From: Vitrella brassicaformis CCMP3155
Taxonomy: Eukaryota > Protista > Chromerida
Assembly (NCBI GenBank): GCA_001179505.1
Contig: CDMY01000249.1
Coordinates: forward strand, 1 to 64,000
Direction of reading: 5' to 3'
DNA: 64,000 nucleotides
Positions 57,301 to 64,000 of the stretch are shown here, piece after piece. The notes under the pieces were generated by a model that saw only the letters and a list, made by a program, of their open reading frames with translations, did not search any database and was not told where the DNA came from. Made by a program: the position numbers and the translations under genes. Position 1 is the first letter of the stretch, and each line of letters starts with the position of its first letter.

Positions 57301-59697
57301 CCGTACACGTGTCTTCGGGCACTGAATGACCAAAACACAACACACACAAAGAGAGGGAAGCACGTCTCTCTCTCTTCTCTCACACAGACACACAGACATC
57401 CACTCACCAACAACGGGGGGCATCTCAGTCGTGCTGGTTGTGGTTGTGGTTGTGGTTGTGGTCGTTGTGGTGGTTGTGGTCGTGGTTGTCCCCTCCCCCC
57501 TGAGTCTCTCCACGGCCCTCATGCCGTGCACCAGCCCCCACCCACACGCCCAGTCATGGCCGCCATCGAAGTGCCCCCCACTCATGGGGTCGTCCATGTC
57601 AAGCGCCGTGGCCTTGAGCACACCCACCAGCTCATCGGGCGACAGGGACCGCTGCGCCTCCAGCATGAGTGCCGCCAGGCCGGCCACGTGGGGGGCAGCC
57701 GCAGATGTGCCAAAGAAATTGGGGTGCCTGAAGATATATAGCAAATAACACGTAGGCCGTCGTTGTTCCCCCTCCCCGCGTGTGTGTGTGTTTTACCCAT
57801 CTTCATCGACGTCGGCATTCTCAAACGGGGGGAAGAACGATGTGTTGGCTCCATCAGGGCCGCAGAGATCGGGCTTCTCCCGTAGCACACCGTCGCCGCC
57901 GTTGAGCAGCTGCCCCTCTGTGTCACGGTAGATGCGTGTGCCGCCGACAGAGCTGAAGGCGTTGATCTGTGCGGGGTCGACATCGAACTGAGGCGTGTTG
58001 TAGTAGGCCGCTGCGGCAATGGTGCAGGCGCCCTCGGCATTTGCGTGACCGTACAGCGTCTGGAAAACAGATTTTCCCTCTTTCTGTGTGAGGGCGTGTG
58101 CGTGATATGCATTGTCATTTACCGAGCTTTCTGTATTGAATTCCATGATCTCGACCTGTCCGCCCCTGTCGAAGAGGACGTACTTCATGGCGGTGGGAGG
58201 GTCGCCAGTGTATAGCTCGATGGAGAGATCGAACAGCTCACCGCCGAACGATCCGTCATTGTAAAACTGCAAAACCTCCACTGAATCGCTGGCGATCTGA
58301 CCAAACAAGTACACCACTCGCACATCCCGTGCTTGTCTTTCGCGTAAAAAATGTGGGGGCAAGATAATGCTCACGTTGTCATTGAGCCCCCCAGTGGACA
58401 CGCGCGTGCCCGCCGTGTCCATGAGGACCACATCAAGGTCGCTGGTGCATCCCTTGCCACTCACAGAGAAGAAGTCCTGCTCCCACTGAAACACCAAATA
58501 CACGTGGGTGTTGACGGGGATGCGCAGACGCTGGGATGTCTTGATGGCGTCGGGTGAAGGGTCGAAGTCGTGCTGCTCGCCGCCGAATGTGGCGCCGGTG
58601 ACGTTTGACCTGGCGAAGGCTGCCTCGTATGCTTGTGTGCCCATGTTGCCTGCGGATGAGAAGTAGGGGATGCCCTGAGCTTTGGCCTCGTTGACGGCCT
58701 GGGCGATGATGCCGTCGACATACATTGGCTCTGCGAAATATATCACGTCATCCTGAAGGAAAGAGCATTGCGCGAGTGTGACCAAGGGGGAGGAGTATCG
58801 GTTGCTGTTGCTGACCACAATGATGTCACATCCCTCGTCTGCGAGGTCGAGTATCCCTTGAGCAAAATCTGCACAGAAACCCAAACAACGGATGTGCATC
58901 CAGCGTCCTTCCCTCCCGCCACTCATCCACTCACCGGCCATGCCGCCAAAAGCCGTGTGGAACATCATCTCGCACCGCGGGGCCACGTCATGAATGAGCT
59001 GCATCATCGCACGACCCTCATCGCCGTCAGCCTTGCTGTCATCCAACACTACTATCCCAGCAGGCAAGTCGCCATTCTCAATGTCCTGCGCGTAGTCGGT
59101 CAGCAGAGTCAGGCCCTCAGTCACGTTGTTGAAGCTGTCCGACAAGACGCCCATCTTGACCCCCGCACCAGTGAGGCCATACGTCGCCCGCACGTCGTTA
59201 GTCCACATGGCCTGATCGCCCTGTGACACAGCCGCCCCGGGCCACCCATCTGGCACGAGGGCATCGCCATCATTCCCCAGTTGCTGCATGGTGAGGGCGA
59301 TAGAGGGCGAGGCGAAGTTGAGAGAGGCCAGCTGGCCCAGGAACCGCGACGCCTCCAGCGGCAGCCATCCCGACACCACCCGCCCCTTCTTCCGCCCATT
59401 CATCAGCCCCAGAGCGGTCAGGTCATCCAGCAGCACACCACCATCATCACTGGCAGCCACGGCGTCAATCAGAATCGCACCAGGGCCGCCCACGCGCGTC
59501 GCACCTGGCACATAAGACGGGCTGGCGGCGGAAAGGGTGTGCTTGACAGCGGCGAAGGGCGAAGCCTTGCCGCCGTCGAGTCCCAGGTGCAGCTCCCGGG
59601 GGTTCTGCAGTGTGCCGTCGAGCTTGGGCGAGGGCTTGCGAGAGGGCCGAGCGGATGACATTGCCAATAGCGATAGTAACAAGGTAAGGACGGTCAT
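54374..59697 (-). CDS. Secreted subtilisin-clan (S8/S53-like) serine protease with a Thr-rich linker and about eight trefoil (P-type) domains
   Basis: Signal MTVLTLLLSLLAMSSA; prodomain; GAGVKMGVLSDSF, DEGRAMMQLIHDVAP, YFSSAGN, KPDLCGPDG, NFFGTSAAAPHVAGLAAL; poly-Thr tract; repeats such as DCLPEGGDRFACESRGCCWEPHRRGGPRCYYK and RCLPDKASQAECEQAGCCYEPNSRGRPWCYHK. Confidence 0.9.
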
Positions 59698-60112
59698 CGA
59701 GAGGTGGCAGAGGCGGAGATCTTGAGTCAAATGGATGAATGGACAGGCAGAGGAGGCCCCGTGAGTGAGTCAATAGATCAGTGATGACACGGAAGAAAAA
59801 AGGACGAGAGCAGATGATTACGAGGGCAGATCTCACGTCAGCAGCGGCTAACGAGCACGTCAGAAAGGAGCGTCCTTCCGATTTTCGCACGTCAAGCTCG
59901 CAGATGTCGAGCCATGCCTCCCTCAAACCGCTGCCAAACCGCATCCGACAAACGACGAAGGCCCGTCGAAGCCTCCTCCTACGCCCCATCGCACAGCTCC
60001 ATTGTCGCCTTTCGCCGTCCCTTCGTCCATCGGATCTGCCATCCTGACGACGTGGCTGGCACAATAGCGTTGGCATCAGGGTCAACCCTCTGATCATCGT
60101 GTGACCGCCAGC

Positions 60113-62193
60113 ATGTCCAAGAAGGGCGTCGATTACTCGAAATGGGACAAGCTGGTGGATGACAAGAGTGACGAGGAGGAAGTGACCGCGCCGAGGAGGG
60201 CTCCCCTGGGCCAGCTCCCGTTCAGTCTCAATGCGTCGGATACCCAAGCGGCGGACGTCAGGGCAATCATGCGAGCCGCCGAGCAGGCCCTCAATGCGAT
60301 GAATCTCGACTACACGGGCAGCACCAGCAGCAGCACCCGGGACAGCAGCGCGGCACGTGTCAAGCCCTCGACCAGCTCATCCAGCGGCCCCCCGCCAGCG
60401 GACGGCCGTTTGCCATTCACCAAGGCCGAGATGCACAACTACAAGGTGCGGTTTGATGCGTCGGCGCCCGACCCCTCTCTCGAGCTCCACAAATGCGTCG
60501 TGTGCCGCAAATCGCCAGCAGCGGGCGCACGGTTCCTGCTGTGCCAGCGGTGCCACGCCATGCGGTACTGCAGCATCGATTGCCAGCGGGAGGATTGGGA
60601 CACGCGGCACAGGGGTGAGTGCGGGGACGCCAAGTCGCTGTTTGAGGGCCACCAGTTGAGGGGCAATGAGCATGCTGTGCGCTACGTCAAGGGTCGGCTG
60701 GATCCCGACGCCTTCTACCGGCTGCAGCGGGCCAAGAACGCGGCGATCCAGCGAGAGGTGCCCCGGAGCCCGGCCCTCAACAACACGCGGCTCGTCAATC
60801 TGTCCGCCTACTTCCTGACGCTGCCCAATGCCGCGCAGTACAAGGAGTGGTGCGGCATTCAGCTAAGCCGGGGGCCCAACGGTGACGATGTGCCCGGCCC
60901 GTCAATCGCTGACCCTGCAGTCATGGCGATAGGCCCCACACACTTTCATACCGCCTACCGCATCGCGCCCCTGTCACTGGTCGAGGCCGCTCGTTCCGAT
61001 CTGCCGCTTCCGCTTCATCTGCACACGCGGGGGAGGGGCGTGGCGGTGGTCAAGCGACTTGTCGAGGACATAGTACACGGGCACAGCCGTGACGGAGGGT
61101 TCCTCAAGGCATTTCCTGCTGTGCCCTGGCCCATCATCGAGGGGCATGTCGACATCTTCTTCTGGCGTGGCGACAAAATTCAAGTGCAGATCGGCGAGTA
61201 CGCACTTGGCGGGCGTGGGAGGGACAAACACATGGATACTGCATGTGACGCTGTCTTTGTGTGTGTGTGTGTGGTGGATGTCACCCACAGAGCCCCGTTC
61301 GTCCCGGAGCTCACGATAGAGTGTCTGTTCATCCCCTCGCATAACCTCGTTGTGCGCTCAGCCCTTCTCCACGCAGCCTGTGCCGTGTTTGGCCAGGCAG
61401 GCTACGATGAGATAGACCGGCTGCTGCCCCTCAGTGCTAGCAAAGCCTACAAGATCGTCAGCCTCAAGGCTCAACTCACGCGTAAGGATCCTCACAGCAA
61501 TCCATTCACACACGCCGATGTCCATTCCTTCCCGTGTGTGTGTGTGTGTGTGAGCGATTGATTGCAGGTGGAGAGTGGCAGAGGGACATCATTTACGAGA
61601 TCATGAGCACGGAGGGGCTGCCCGCGGCGCTGATCAAACTATACCACGACCGGGCAAAGGAGGTATGCAGGCCTCAGCACCCCTCAACGTCTACCAAAGC
61701 ATACCTCTCTGTCTCTCTGTCTCTCTCTGGCTGTCTGTCTGTCTGTGCGTTCTGTGTAGTTGGGCGTCGAGGTTGGGGCTGTGCAGCGTGAGTTTCGCAT
61801 GGAAGCATAAAAAATTCACGGATGTGTTCCGGTGAGTGTCTCTCCCCTTCATTGTGTGTTATTGGTTTCTGATCATTGGCCAATCTGTCTGTCTTTCCGT
61901 TTTCCTGTCTGTGTGTACGAAGGTGGCATCTGGTCAACTACGCCAAGGACTTCCGGCCGTTCCCCTTCGGCAAGTCCTTTGCGGAATTCGCCGACGTGAC
62001 CGACGGCGAGCTGCGCCGCATCGAGACGGAGCTAGAGGCGATGAACCTGCAGTACCCGCCCCAGATTCAGGCCATCCGTAGCTGCCAGCCTGCCGACTAC
62101 TACGAGCACATAGATGGCCCTCTGCTGACGACGAGTGACGGCCACAGAGTGTCCGAATTAGATGTCCTGCTGAGCACTCAGGGCCTCGTGTAG
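60113..62193 (+). CDS. zf-MYND domain protein
   Basis: MSKKGVDYSKWDKLVDD start; CVVCRKSPAAGARFLLCQRCHAMRYCSIDCQREDWDTRHRGEC; later exons GGEWQRDIIYEIM and WHLVNYAKDFRPFPFGK..STQGLV*. Confidence 0.85.
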
Positions 62194-62832
62194 AGGAATG
62201 GAGGATGAGTAGACAGGCGGGAATGTCTAGAGGGAGGGAGGGAGGGAGGGAGGGGTGGGATTTGGGTGGTGTGTGCATAGGAGGGGACAGATGGATGGTT
62301 GTGTGGGCCGTCCACATGGAAGGGGGGGATGTGTCAAATGACTCGGCTATCGGTCTACACATGAATCGACGGTGACTGAGCGGCGCGCCCGTCGGTTCGC
62401 GACAGCCGCCGGCCAGAGCAAAGGGAGGGTCTGAGTGTCCTTGAACTCAGCCGTGCATGCACCATTGACCGCACACGCGCACGTACCCGAGAAAGGGCAT
62501 GGAAGGTATCACTCGACTACTAGCTAAGCTCGCAGATCGGGGTGTTCCCCCTTCCAAGTTTCAACACCCGTACGGCTATTGTCTTGTGTGCCCACGTTGT
62601 CATCTTTCTCCGTCAATTTTTCCCCGTCCGGCTCCCCTCTGCACAAGGCTGCGCCATCTGAATGACTCAACCTGACGAAGGTGGACGGCCGGTGCTGTGA
62701 CCATTCACAACGGGCACGCGAAAGCCTGACTCGAAATCAATCGGCCTCAAGCAATGGCGGTGGAGGTGAGGCGAAGGAAAAACCCAAAGCCCCTTTTGTG
62801 TTTATGCCTTCTGGGGGTTCGTTGCTTGTGTC

Positions 62833-64000
62833 CAGGCTGAGTCGGAGATCGACATCTTCGACGCCGTCAAGAAGGGCGACGCGGATTCTGTCACGGCGCT
62901 GATCGACCGGGACGGCACAGCCATACTCAATAAAACGAAACGAGACAAATACAATTCCGATGTATGCAGTCGTGAGGACGACATGAATGCCCTTGTCGTC
63001 TGTATGTGTGTTCTCATTTCTGCGCGCAGGTCACACCCTTCGGCATGGCTGCACAGGAGGGTCACGTGGGCGTCATGTCGGTCATGTATGAACGCAAACC
63101 TGACGTCTTGCAGCAAACAGACACTGTACTGACGCACACAAAGCACCTTCTGTGCCGGTGGAGATGGAAAAAGATGTGTTTGGTGTGACGGAATGTAGCA
63201 TGGTGCGAATGCCCCGCACGAGGCTGCCCAGGAGGGCCAGGTTGCGGCGGTCAATAAGCTGCTGGAGTGGGATCTCAAACTGATCGATGCACGCGACAAG
63301 GTAACAGAGCACACACATGTCTCTGACGCCTCAGTGTGTGCTGGTGTGTTTTGATTGCAGGATGGCAAGATCCCATTCATCGATGCTGCCTGGAAGGGTC
63401 AAATTGATGTGATGGAGACCCTGTATGCCAAAGGAGGGAAGGGCTGCCTCACACAGAAGAGCAAGGTCACAATCGAAGACAAACCATCTTCTGTGCGGCT
63501 GGTGAGGAGAGATGTTCGCTGTGATGGAATGCAGCTTGGTGACTCTGCCGTGCACTGGGCTGCCTTCAATGGTCGTGTTGCGGCTGTCAATCAGCTGCTG
63601 GAGTGGGATCTCAAACTGCTCGATGCACGCACCGAAGTTACAGACCACACACATGGCTCTGACGCCTCAGTGTGTCGATTGTGTGTGTGTCTTGATTGCA
63701 GAATGGCCGCACGCCATTCATGGTGGCTGCCACCTATGGTCATGTCGATGTGATGGAGTTTCTGTATGCCAAACGAAAGGACGTGCTCACAAAGACCGAC
63801 AAGGTGAGACAACACAGTCTTCTCTCACAGCCTGATTGCCTTTCCCTGTGTGCATGACACACACAGAACGGCGACACGGCACTCCATTTGGCTGCACTTT
63901 ATGGCCACTCTGCGGTTGTGTCTCAGCTGTGAGCGACAGAGATGACTGACTGACGCGGACATCTCATCCACACACACTCTCTCTCTCTCTGCGTGTGTGT
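62833..64000 (+). CDS. Ankyrin-repeat gene, truncated by the window end; start uncertain
   Basis: IDIFDAVKKGDADSV, TPFGMAAQEGH, HEAAQEGQVAAVNKLLEWD, IPFIDAAWKGQ, SAVHWAAFNGR, TPFMVAATYGH, TALHLAALYGHSAVVSQL; one repeat per exon. Confidence 0.88.

Noticed and set aside
1-64000. rRNA, tRNA, snRNA or prokaryotic operon/defence systems
   Set aside because: None was recognisable by eye. The bacterial-type genes all contain spliceosomal introns, so this is not contamination. tRNAscan-SE/Infernal would be needed to exclude small RNAs.

Overview
Intron-rich eukaryotic nuclear DNA with short GT-AG introns full of (CA)n/(GT)n/(CAGA)n tracts. An LI818/Lhcx-type antenna gene with a bipartite plastid presequence, a flagellar GAS8/DRC4 gene and the intron style point to a photosynthetic chromerid such as Vitrella; this is inference, not a database hit. 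Left to right: a degenerate chromodomain-bearing Ty3/Gypsy retrotransposon (integrase present twice across a 300-N gap) with a probable 3' LTR; a foldback-like modular inverted repeat; a kinase-like (HRD->HRA)-ankyrin gene; an HMG-box/AT-hook gene; a BTB-ubiquitin-like fusion; GAS8 head-to-head with a secreted bacterial-type arylsulfotransferase; an ankyrin-MORN-ankyrin gene with a helical tail; a second TKL-like kinase; two paralogues of an unrecognised 'beta-hairpin domain + beta-trefoil + ankyrin' gene; an Rpn10 C-terminal-like fragment; a putatively plastid-targeted coiled-coil/PD-(D/E)xK-like protein facing the Lhcx gene; a secreted, probably GPI-anchored beta-helix protein; a secreted S8/S53-like protease with about eight trefoil domains; a zf-MYND protein; and a final ankyrin gene running off the window. 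Several genes carry single-base frameshifts in homopolymers, which may be assembly errors. Exon boundaries and domains were read by eye and no searches were run.
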